Source: Callorhinchus milii (Eukaryota). Taken from it: DNA of 64,000 nucleotides. The notes beneath the pieces were generated by a model. That model saw only the letters and a list, made by a program, of their open reading frames with translations. It was not told where the DNA came from and did no database searches. The position numbers were made by a program, and so were the translations under genes. Positions 38,818 through 49,980 of this stretch are shown piece by piece; the first letter of the stretch is position 1, and each line of letters begins with the position of its first letter. The DNA lies in contig NW_024704771.1 in the NCBI RefSeq assembly GCF_018977255.1, positions 2,356,001 to 2,420,000 of the forward strand. The letters are read 5' to 3'.

Positions 38818-38845
38818 CTGTAATAATTCTGAAGAGAGTCACCAT
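38818..38845 (-). CDS. CD2/SLAM-family gene A, leader exon
   Basis: ATG GTG ACT CTC TTC AGA ATT ATT ACA G|gtaata = MVTLFRIIT, phase 1. The homologous context (ccaaa-atggt...attattacag|gtaat) occurs at 55392-55420 in the paralog. Confidence 0.8.
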
Positions 38846-41087
38846 GTTTGGGGATCGGGGAATCTCCAGCCGACATCCTCTTACATTTGATAACTTTGCG
38901 GTTGTCTGTGCGCAAATTGGCTGCCGCACTCGCCTACAAAACACAGAGTTAACACACTTTACAGTGTATTCTTTGAAGAGGTTGAAATTATTATTATGAT
39001 TAATATTGTCACCCCATTTGGCATTTGATCAAAGACGCTCATGTTTGAAAAGTGAACAGAGGAAACATTCAATATTTCCGAGACGTTCTCATTGTAAGGA
39101 AAGAGTTCAAATAAAATGATAACGCTGTGGAAATGTACTCTGTAGGAATGAACACGTTGATGTGACTCAGAGTCTCCAACTCTATTCACAAGAAACAATT
39201 CAACGGTTAATGCTTCAACACATACAATGATACACGCAGTAAAATTCAACAAAACCGTTCAATCATTAGAGCACTCGTTTCGCAAGCGATTCGATTCCCG
39301 GCCGGGCAAAATCTTGCGCAAGTTTCCTTACTACACACTCCTGATAATAATCACTCATGAAAAAAACTAATAATAAAAAAATTTTGGTCACTCAATCCAT
39401 AGCTGTTTGTGAGACGCTGCTGTGTGCAATTGACTGCAGCATTTTGTCCAGAAATATACAGTCAATTTACTTTAAGGTCTATTCTGTGAAGCGCTTTGAG
39501 ACATCTTGAAGACATGAAAAAGCGCTGTATCAAATGCAAAGGTTATTATCATTATTATTACCCAATTCCATTGAGAAAGTCGCTGACCACCAGCTGTTCA
39601 CAACTGTTCCTCCTGCACTATTCCAAAGTGACATCTTTCTTTTATGTGTTTCTAACTCGCCTCCCCTTGTCAGAGAGACGGCTCCCACCCTTCGCTGGCT
39701 GCTGGAGACCTTGAACAAGCTCTTTTCCGGGAAAAGAACTGATAGGGAAACAGAGAGATAAACAGTATTTTGGGGGAGGGTTCTACCATGGATTCTTAGT
39801 GTGAGATAAGCAGATGTGCACGAGGGCATTTCTCCTTCTGAGGCCACTTGTTTTCACATCTGGCTCAAGGACATGATCAATTAATCTCAGAGGAGTGTCC
39901 GCCTGCTCAAGAGAATATGAAATCAGACTTGTGCCAGGGTCAAATGACTTCACTAACACTGGTTACCGCCCTTAAGCTAATCATTAAAACACACAACATT
40001 GTTCCTACCCCGGTAACTAAGGAATCCAATTCTAAAAAGACTATGAGTTTTGGTTACATTCCAAAAAGTATATCAAAGATTGGAATAGGTATTAGCAGTT
40101 GATTGACTGTCCTTTGATCAGCAAAAATAACCTTATCTTGAAACTGGTTGAGACTCTTCGATGATCAAAGAAGTTGAGTTATTGCTGACTTTTCTATACG
40201 AGCTGCGAACACAAGGAAGTTGGAGAGAGAGATGATCAAGAAGCCTGAAACACAGACAGCGGAAGCTCCAGAGACAGGTAACTGATCATTATCACTACCC
40301 ACTTCTCTACTTGATTGATGCCTTATCCAATAGATTTTGTGTCAAAGTTGTGTTATTATTATTTGACAATCTAAATACAACAACAAAATTACATTTAGAG
40401 CGCGTTTCACGTTGGGAGAACGGCCCAAAGCTGAACAGTCAGGTGTTGCGGCCCGGGTATGGGGGAGGGGTGGTGTAGGGGTGAAGGAAGGCAGAGAGGT
40501 AGGAGGGCGACTGAATCATAGAATCATAGAATCATAGAATGTTACAGCACAGAAGGAGGCCATTCGGCCCATCGAGTCTGTGCGGCTCTTTGACAGAGCA
40601 ACTGACTTTTATTAACCCCACTCACCAGCTTTCTCCCCATAACTCTGCAAACCCGTCTTCTCCAGATACCTATCCAGTTCTCTCTTAAAAGCTGTTATCG
40701 AATCGGACTTCACTACCCTTTCGGGCAGATCATTCCAAATTCTAACAACTCGTTGAGTGAAAACATTTCTTCTAACCTCTCCTCTGCTTCTTTTGGTAGA
40801 TATCTTAAGACTGAAGGCACGATCGAAGAGAAGAGTCTTGAGACCAGCCTTGAAGGAGGCAATGGAGGAAGCGAGACGAAGGGATCGTGGGATGGAGTTC
40901 CAGAGTGTGAGGTGCTGGCCCGAGACACCCGGCCCACCTCAGGGTCCACAAGACCCCGGCCCAGCCTGCAGCTGCCGGTCCCTGCCTCTGGCTACCGGCC
41001 TCGATCCCCGGGAGACTAGCCCTGTGACTCCCTGCCACTGCCTGACTTACCTTCCGTGAGTCCCGCTCGGTTTTACTTGGGTTTACG

Positions 41088-41405
41088 ATGCCCTCCCACT
41101 CGCTGGCTCCCAACTGTCCCTCCCACTCTCTGGCTCCCAACTGTCCCTCCCGCTCTCTGGCTCCCAACTGACCCTCCCGCTCGCTGGCTCCCGACTGTCC
41201 CTCCCGCTCGCTGGCGCGTGACTCTCCCTCCCACTCGCTGGTGCGTGACTCTCCCTCCCACTCGCTGGCTCCCGACTGTCCCTCCCGCTCGCTGGCTCCC
41301 AACTGTCCCTCCCACTCGCTGGCTCCCGACTGTCCCTCCCACTCGCTGGTGCGTGACTCTCCCTCCCGCTCGCTGGCTCCCGACTGTCCCTCCCACTCGC
41401 TGGGA
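41088..41405. repeat. 27-bp GC-rich minisatellite (~12 units, two variants)
   Basis: Units ractgtccctccc(a/g)ctcgctggctccc and gactctccctcccrctcgctggtgcgt. The ORF track shows 9-aa repeats SEWEGQSGA. Confidence 0.92.
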
Positions 41406-43026
41406 CAGTCAAGGATTGACAAGGATATAAAATTAATTTCGACATTTGATTTATTATCCGTCCCAAATAAACCATTCAGAAGGAGGTACTGAGGGAGGAT
41501 CATCATTTTTATTACAAAAAATAATTTAGCGTCTTATTGTGTGTCCCTCCAAGTCCTGGTGCTGAGCCAGGCTGGGCTGGGCTGGGCTGCCATCAGCAAT
41601 GCCCTGGAATACTGCGCACCCGTCTGGCTCAGGAACCGGAGTCTCTCCCGTTGGCCTGGGCAACACTCCCCAAATAAAACTAACCAGTCACTCCATGGCT
41701 ACTTGTGGTTACGTGGAAATTAGCTGCCGCGATGCCCCAAATAAAATGATATCTGACAATGTGATCAGCCTCTACATGAAGTAGAAGAATTATTAATATT
41801 ATTAATAAATGTAAAGCCAGGTTTTGCTTTCCTAAACCCATCCCGTTAAACAGAGGAGACTCAGCCAATGCTTTCAAATTCAGTAACAAGGCCAGACACA
41901 CACACTTACCCTGCTTCTCACAGCGGCTTCAGAATGGAATAAGACCAATTTACTGTAAAAATAATCTACTCCAAGGGTAAATGTCATCTCTCCTGGGAAT
42001 TTTGACTGTTGGGGACTTTGATCTCATGTAACTAACAGATTTCTACAGGTGAAGCAATGCTTCATGTATTTGTTTCAAACCTTAGGATGATTAAGATAAT
42101 ATGAAACATTAATATAAGTAATCATACAATGTCTTTAATTATCTATTAATATTCTGTAAAATTTACCAACAATGCTGTAAACACTGCCGACTTATTATTA
42201 TGAAAGGGCAACTTACTGCTGGGAATTTTTTGTAATTACTTTTGAAAAATTCCGAGTTGCTGGTGATTTCCACGACAACTTTATATGTTAATATAGACTT
42301 GACATCTGTCCCCAGGAAGGGGATTTGCATCTCTCCCCACGCAGGGGATTTCAATTTTTAAGGTCAGACAATCATATCATGAGTAACAAATTAAATACAA
42401 CCAGTGATCACACAGCGAATGGAAACCAAGGCTAAGTGCAGAGGCTGTGAATGTAAAAGAGAACATTTACTGTATCAGGAAACCGTGAGAAAGCCACAAA
42501 CAGCACATTTAAACACATAGTGGATTAGTCTCAGTTACCTTCTCTCTTACATTTTCACTCACCGCTTTCTGCAATAAAAAATAGAAATGGCAGTTGTAAC
42601 TTTACATATTGTCTATGTATATAACAAGCTCCGCCCTCAATACATTATTGGGCCACGTTTAGCTGACAAATTGATGTAGTCAGCCCTGTGTGTGACACAT
42701 GTGGAAACCCATCACCATGTTTAAGAATATCCAAATCAAGTTGAGTTTCCATGCATCCCAACCCACCTACACATGGAAATCCCACAGATAGATTGTTGGA
42801 ATGCGCTCTCTTCCTATGGAGGAACAAATCCTGTTTACCTAATTGCGGAAAAAGTATTAGGCACAGGATGGGAAGAGCCAAGGCTTGGGGACCCATGAGT
42901 ATCTGTTGGGGTAACTGCTGGAGTCTAACCAGCAAACCATACAGCTTGCCATTGATATCACTGTCTGGCAAGCTCGGTCCAGCTCGGACAATTAACTTGT
43001 AAGGTTAACAGGAACTGAGTGGTATG

Positions 43027-43694
43027 TGTCATGGATACCTTGTGTTTATTAATGCTCTACCTCATTCTAACAATATTGGCTGTAGATAGTCTATATATAG
43101 AAAGTTTGGGTTGAAATAAGCCGCTTTGCTTTAAGAGTAATTATGATTCGGGCACCACAATATAATTTTATAGCGGGACAGCCTTGGAGACGCAAAGTCA
43201 GTGATCTGGGTGAGTGTTGCAACAAAAAGGCAGGAAAAGAGGTTGTGTGGAGCCTGGAGCGGCAAGTGACATATTGGATGGGAAGGAGTTAAAATAGGAG
43301 GCGGCTCATTGGACTCAAAGTCGCTCTTGGCGTTAGTGTCATCAAGGGAGGGTTGCCTCCGGGTCAAGATTGTTTTTCTTTGTTTACTAACGTTAGATAA
43401 AGCTGCCGGTGACACAGTTCTGCTGTCAGGGTTTTATTTTTTGTTCAAGTTGTGACCGTCTATTTTATTGTCGGGCGTGTAAGTGAGCCATAGGGTCCAT
43501 TGTTAGGACCAATAAAATACCGTTGTCTTCTCTAAAAAGTGCATCTCGAGTCTCTGTTAAATTCAAGGAGGGAGAGAGAGACACAAACAGGTTAATGAGA
43601 AGTCATCTGTCTGAGAGTGCGAAGGGCACTGACTGAAGTGTCCCATTGTTGCGCTATAAGGCATTGGGATGACCTGTCGTTGTGTTAATTCTCA
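43027..43694 (+). mobile_element. Putative solo LTR
   Basis: TG...CA ends, imperfect TSD tatg/tata and AATAAA at 43511. It interrupts a repeat whose two halves are contiguous in other copies (about 3390-3470, 30690-30790). Confidence 0.4.
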
Positions 43695-44923
43695 TATAGA
43701 GTTCTCAGCAGAACTCACAGAGAACAATCTACACAGAAGCCACGAGTACACTGGGCCCTTCACATAACATGTGTAAACATTCAGAGGACTCCCTGTCCCC
43801 AGTGATTGGTCTGCCCTGCAAGGTCCTGCCAATGAGCCAGGCTGGGCTGGGCTGGGCTGGGCTGGGCTGTCAGCAGCAATGACCTGGAACCCTGCGGACC
43901 TGCCTGGCTCAGGAACCAACTCCTGCTCTGTATCACACTGGTTGCTCTGCACTGTGTCGCACTGGTTGCCCTGCACTGTGTCGCATTGGTTGCCCTACAC
44001 TGTGTCACACTGGTTGCCCTTCACTGTATCAAACTGGTTGCCCTGCACTGTGTCACACTGGTTGCCCTTCACTGTATCAAACTGGTTGCCCTGGACTGTG
44101 TCACACTGGTTGCCCTGCACTGTGTCGCACTGGTTGCCCTGCACTGTGTCACACTGGTTGCCCTTCACTGTATCAAACTGGTTGCCCTGCACTGTGTCAC
44201 ACTGGTTGCCCTTCACAGTATCAAACTGGTTGCCCTGCACTGTGTCACACTGGTTGCCTTGCACTGTGTCGCACTGGTTGCCCTTCACTGTATCAAACTG
44301 GTTGCCCTGCACTGTGTCACACTGGTTGCCCTGCACTGTGTCGCACTGGTTGCCCTGCACTGTGTCGCACTGGTTGCCCTGCACTGTGTCGCACTGGTTG
44401 CCCTGCACTGTGTCGCACTGGTTGCCCTGCACTGTGTCGCACTGGTTGCCCTGCACTGTGTCGCACTGGTTGCACTGCACTCTGTCGCACTGGTTGCCTT
44501 GCACTGTGTCGCACTGGTTGCCCTGCACTGTGTCGCACTGGTTGCCCTGCACTGTGTCGCACTGGTTGCCCTGCACTGTGTCACACTGGTTGCCCTGCAC
44601 TGTGTCACACTGGTTACACTGCACTGTGTTGCACTGGTTGCCCTGCACTGTGTCGCACTGGTTGCCCTGCACTGTGTCGCACTGGTTGCCCTGCACTGTG
44701 TCGCACTGGTTGCCCTGCACTGTGTCACACTGGTTGCCCTGCACTGTGTCACACTGGTTGCCCTGCACTGTGTCACACTGGTTGCCCTGCACTGTATCGC
44801 ACTGGTTGCCCTGCACTGTGTCGCACTGGTTGCCCTGCACTGTGTCGCACTGGTTGCCCTGCACTGTGTCGCACTGGTTGCCCTGCACTGTATCGCACTG
44901 GTTGCCCTGCACTGTGTCACACT

Positions 44924-45726
44924 TGTTAGAAAATAAAATCAGCCAAATCTGTAAGGAAATAACGCTAATTCCTCTAACCAGATATCAGACTGTTTTATTA
45001 TAATTCGTTCGTTATTCACCAATATCCCGATGGGTCAGACCATACAATCAACAGATCTTATAACGGAATAACACCACTATAGATATCTCGGTTGAAGAGT
45101 TCAACACTGTGTCTTTCCAGCACACAAGTTTGATTCTTCATGTTTTCAGTCTTCTTGCTTACAGCTTTCAATCTTCCATCTGATATCCTCAGTCTTAGTG
45201 TTTCCAGCTCTCAGTCTTCCATCTCTGTACCCTTGTCTCCGCAGCCCGGGACGGTCCATCTCCCGTATCCTTGTCTCCGCGACCCGGGACTGTCCATCTC
45301 CCGTATCCTTGTCTCCGCGACCCGGGACGGTCCATCTCCCGTATCCTTGTCTTCGCAGCCCGGGACGGTCCATCTCCCGTATCCTTGTCTCCGCGACCCG
45401 GGACGGTCCATCTCCCATATCTTTGTCTCCGCGACCCGGGACGGCCCCGTACACAAAGTTATCGGAACTCTTATACCAATGTTCATCCAATCATGGTGCC
45501 GACATTAGATCACCGCACCGTCGAAATCATGCCGGGTTCACGTGAACACCTCATGGGGTGTACGTGCCTCACACACACAAACACACTGTCCTTGAGACAG
45601 TCCGTCATCTCGTGTACGTGTAGGGAGTTTCAGTCCAGCTGCCCACAACACACTTAACTTAAAAGTTAACCCGTTCGCAACATCTATTATGATTCTAACA
45701 TTATACAAAAAGTGTAAATTCTAACA
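44924..45726 (-). mobile_element. Solo LTR (803 bp) with 4-bp TSD
   Basis: Termini TGTTAGAA...TTCTAACA (perfect 8-bp inverted repeat), flanked by CACT (44920-44923, 45727-45730). Minus-strand AATAAA at about 44994-44999 and ATTGGTATAAGAG at about 45469-45481. Confidence 0.85.
45210..45450. repeat. 38-bp tandem repeat inside the LTR (~6 units)
   Basis: CCCGGG recurs at 45245, 45283, 45321, 45359, 45397 and 45435. Confidence 0.95.
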
Positions 45727-47427
45727 CACTGTTTTCCCTGCACTGTGTCGCACTGGTTGCCCTGCACTGTGTCGCACTGGTTGCCCTGCACTGTGTCGCA
45801 CTGGTTGCCCTGCACTGTGTCGCACTGGTTGCCCTGCACTGTGTCGCACTGGTTGCCCTGCACTGTGTCGCACTGGTTGCCCTGCACTGTGTCGCACTGG
45901 TTGCCCTGCACTGTGTCGCACTGGTTGCCCTGCACTGTGTCGCACTGGTTGCCCTGCACTGTGTCGCACTGGTTGCCCTGCACTGTGTCGCACTGGTTGC
46001 CCTGCACTGTGTCGCACTGGTTGCCCTGCACTGTGTCACACTGGTTGCCCTGCACTGTGTCGCACTGGTTGCCCTGCACTGTGTCACACTGGTTGCCCTG
46101 CACTGTGTCACACTGGTTGTCCTGCTCTGTGTCACACTGGTTGCCCTGCACTGTGTCGCACTGGTTGCCCTGCTCTGTGTCACACTGGTTGTGTGGGTGA
46201 CCTCAGGTGATGTCTGTGTCGGGGAAGATGTCCAGTTCCATGTAATTCACCACAACAACTGCATGAAATACCAAGTGACAGCTCATGGTCAACAGCTGTT
46301 TCTTACTTAACGATGTGCACATTGCAACAACAACTAACATTTGTCCTGTGCTCCTCACGCAGGACAGCGTCGCAGAGCTTGACAGTAGCAGATCACGATA
46401 CTGAGCCGGGGGAAGTGTGAGTAGGGGGGTGGCAACCATTGATGAGTGAGACTTCAGGAACGAGCTGAAGACGGGAAAGGAAGGAAGGGGCAAGGCAGAG
46501 TGATAGAGGAAGAGTATTCCAGAGCTTTGCAGCCTCGTGGCTGAAAGTGTGGCCACCAATGGTGGAATAGAGGGCCCGAGGAACATGCAGAGGCCGGAGT
46601 CAGTCGAGCGGAGGCAGCGGGTTATGGGTTAGGGGGTAAGCAAGTGGGAGAGGTTGGGAGGTGCCAGGGGATTGTAAGATTATATTTGTGATATAAGAAA
46701 GAAAAGGCTACAGAACTCAGACACCTGCCTATCTCAAGGCTGAGAAACAAGTAGGCTGTGGCAGGCTGCCCGGAAGTTGTCCATATCTCTCTCTCTGTGC
46801 AAAGCAGCCTACGACAGGTGGGAGCTGTCTCTGTGACAAGCGGAGATAGAGTTAGAAACACATGAACTTTGATATAGTTGGAGCTGTTATAAAGGGTCAG
46901 CACACTTCCCAGTGGAATCAATATCGATTCTACTGTACCTATGGTCTCAGTTTTAAGAATAAGTTAAGATAATTGTATTACTTAATAAACCTTGGGGTAT
47001 TACACCACCATATTTGTCATTTCCATCTGAATCTCTTACAGCATGAGGGGATTTGGAAATAAACGTGAGGATCTTGAAATCAATCCTTTCGGCAATAGGG
47101 AGCCAGTGGAGCCTGGCTAGAACTGGTGTGATGGGTGTATGGAGTTTAGTACGGGTGAATCAGCTGGATCCTGTGCACGGTGGAGCTGAGAGACCGGCAA
47201 AGAGGGCATTTGAGAAATCCAGTCCGGAAGTGACGAACGCATGGATGAGTGTTTCGGCTGTGTCCTGAGTAAGGAACAGTCGGAGGTGGGCAATGTGGCG
47301 AGGGTGGAGAAAGGCAGGGATGGGTTGCTGGGAAGGAAGAACAGCTGTGGATCAAACCTGATGCCCAAGTTACATATAGGTTTGGTGAGTCTGAGGGATA
47401 GGTCAGGGAGGTTGAGAAGGTCAGAAG

Positions 47428-49980
47428 TATGTATATGGAAAGAGACAAGGAACCATCTAAAGTGAAGATATTCAACTGGAAGAGGGCAAATTTCAGTGAA
47501 CTAAAAAGGGACCTAGCCAAGGTGGACTGGAAAGAAAGATTGGCGGGTAAAGAGCAGTGGGAAGTCTTCAAGGATGAGATAATAATAATAATAATAATAA
47601 TAATCCTTGCATTTGATATAGCGCTTTTCACTTCGGGAGGACGTCCCAAAGCGCTTCACAGAACACACTGTAAAGTGAATTGACTGTATATTTGTGGGCG
47701 AACGCAGCAGCCAATTGCGCACAGCAATGTCCCACAAACAGTCGTGGATTGAAAATGACCAATTTATTATTGTTTTTGGTTTTGGAGGGATTATTATTAG
47801 GCTCTGTGTGGAGTAAGGAAACTTGCCCAAGGTTTGGCCCTCTGCCTGGAATTGAACTCAGGTCTCTCGCTTGCAAAGCGAGTGCTCTAACCACTGAGCT
47901 GCAGGACTCCACATTCAGGACCCCAGATAGTTCGGGAACAGAATAAATACATTCCCACAAAAGGGAAAAGTAGGGCTTCCAAACCTCCATGGATGACGAA
48001 GGTAATTGTATCTAAAATGAAGCAGAAAAAGGAGGCGTATGACAAATGTCAAACCCAAGATACAGAAGACAACCAAATTGAATATAGGAAGTGCAGAAGA
48101 GGTTTGAAAAAGGAAATAAGAGCAGTAAAAGGATTATACGAAAAAAGGTTAAGGGGTAACATTAAAGGGAATTCTAAAATATTTTACAAACATATCAAGG
48201 AAAAAAGGCTAATCAAAGGTAGGGTGGGGCCAATTAAGGACCGAGGGGGAAATCTTATTGTGGAGGCAGAGGGCATGGCTGATGTGCTGAATGAGTACTT
48301 TGCATCTGTCTTCACAAAAGAAGTGGATGCACCAAATGCTACAGTATCAGAGAGGGTAGAGGAAATGGATAGGATAAGTATAAACAAAGAGGAAGTACTG
48401 AAAAGGTTGACTCCGCTGAAGTCGCCAGGTCCGGACGGGATGCAGCCAAGGTTACTATGGGAGGCACGGGTACAAATAGCGGAGGCTTTGGCTACAATTT
48501 TTCAATCTTTGTTGGACACAGGAGTGATGCCAGAGGACTGGAGAGTGGCCAATGTTACTCCCCTGTACAAAAAGTCACAGAAGGACAAACCTGGGAACTA
48601 CAGGCCAGTCAGCCTCACAACAGTAGTGGGGAAACGCCTGGAGACTATAATCCGGGACAGAATAAATCTTCACTTAGAAGAATATGGGTTAATTAGGGAC
48701 AGCCAACATGGATTTGTTAAAGGCAAATCTTGTCTAACAAATCTGATAGAATGAGGTAACGGAGAGGGTGGGTAAAGGTAGTGCAGTTGATGTAGTTTAT
48801 ATGGACTTTCAAAAGGCATTTGACAAAGTGCCACATGAAAGACTTGTAAGAAAGATAGAAGCCCATGGTATAAAAGGGACAGTGGCAGCATTGATCCAGA
48901 ACTGTCTGGGAGACAGAAAGCAGAGAGTTGTGGTGAACGGCTGCTTTTCTGACTGGAGAGAAGTGTACAGTGGCGTCCCCTAGCGATCAGTATTAGGACC
49001 ACTGCTCTTCTTAATATACATAAATTATCTGGACTTGGGTATAGCAAGCACCATTTCCAAGTTTGCAAAGTTAGGTAGGGAGGTACACAGTGAGAAGGAT
49101 AGGAGCCAACTGCAGGAAGACATAGACAGAACGGTAAACTGGGCAGACACATGGCAGAGGAGTTTCAATGTGGAGAAATGCGAAGTAATGCATTTTGGTA
49201 GAAAGAATGAGGGGAGGCAATATAGGCTGGTAATACAATCTTAAGGGGGGTAAAAGAGCAGAGAGACCTGCGGGGGGGGCAGGTAAATGCATCCTTGAAG
49301 GTGGCAGAACAGGGAGATAAGGCTGTAAAAAGGGCAAATGGGATTCTAGGCTTTATCAATAGGGACATAGAGTACAAGAGTCAGGAGGTTATGATTAACT
49401 GATATAAAACACTGGTTAGGCCTCAGTTAGAATACTGCGCCCAGTTCTGGGCACCACACTATAGGAAGGATGTTAAGGCATTGGAAAGGGTACAGAGGAG
49501 ATTTACGAGGATGGTACCAAGAATGAGGGACCGTGATGATGAGGAAAGGCGATAGAGGTTAGGATTATTCTCATTGGAGCAGAGAAGGTTACGAGGAGAC
49601 CTAATAGAGGTCTTCAAAATCATGAGGGGATTTGATAGATTAAAAAGGGAAAAACTGTTTCCACTGGTGGGTGTGTCGGTGACTCGAGGTCACAGATTTA
49701 AAATAGTCTCTAAAAGAAGCCGAGGGGAGGTGAGAAGAAATTTTTTCACGCAGCGAGTTGTTCGAATCTGGAACACATTGCCTGAAAGGGTGGTCAAGGC
49801 CGATTCGATAACTACTTTTAAAAACGCGGTGGATGGGTATTTGAGGAGGACGGGTTTGCAGGGTTATGGGGGAAGGGCTGGGGAGTGGGATTGACATTAA
49901 TTGCTCTATTCAAAGAGCCGCACAGACTCGATGGGTCGAATGGCCTCTTTTTGTGCTGTACAATTCTATGATTCTATGAT
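47428..49980 (+). mobile_element. CR1 LINE, 5'-truncated ORF2 (RT) with 3' tail; interrupted by a SINE at about 47581-47912
   Basis: ORF 47993-48754 (KSPGPDG...DWRVANVTPLYKK...NYRPVSLT...QHGFVKGKSCLTNL), then VDVVYMDFQKAFDKVPH and YSGVP motifs with stops and frameshifts. Ends in (TTCTATGA)n. Confidence 0.95.
47581..47912 (-). mobile_element. Same SINE family, inserted in CR1
   Basis: Full head-to-tail copy with a long (TTA)n. The CR1 frame KDEI|VREQNKYIP resumes after it. Confidence 0.92.

Larger units (their letters stand above)
43925..46190. repeat. 24-bp minisatellite (ACTGGTTGCCCTGCACTGTGTC[G/A]C)n in two blocks, 43925-44923 (~41 units) and 45727-46190 (~19 units)
   Basis: The period is seen directly. 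ORFs of 8-aa repeats (TVSHWLPC / CVALVALH / GNQCDTVQ) reflect the 24-nt unit. Confidence 0.97.

Noticed and set aside
40805-41506. 233-aa ORF with SEWEGQSGA repeats
   Set aside because: Derived from the 27-bp minisatellite plus flanking L2/unique sequence, with no domain similarity.
43879-45003. Long ORFs (374, 316, 305 aa) of 8-aa repeats
   Set aside because: Artefact of a stop-free 24-bp minisatellite. The ORFs are open on both strands, have no splice context, and the array is interrupted by an LTR.
43925-46190. CRISPR-like array
   Set aside because: The repeats are contiguous with no unique spacers, no cas genes are present, and the context is a vertebrate genome.
47993-48754. 253-aa ORF as a host gene
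   Set aside because: It is CR1 ORF2 (pre-RT/RT start) within a truncated, frameshifted LINE copy.
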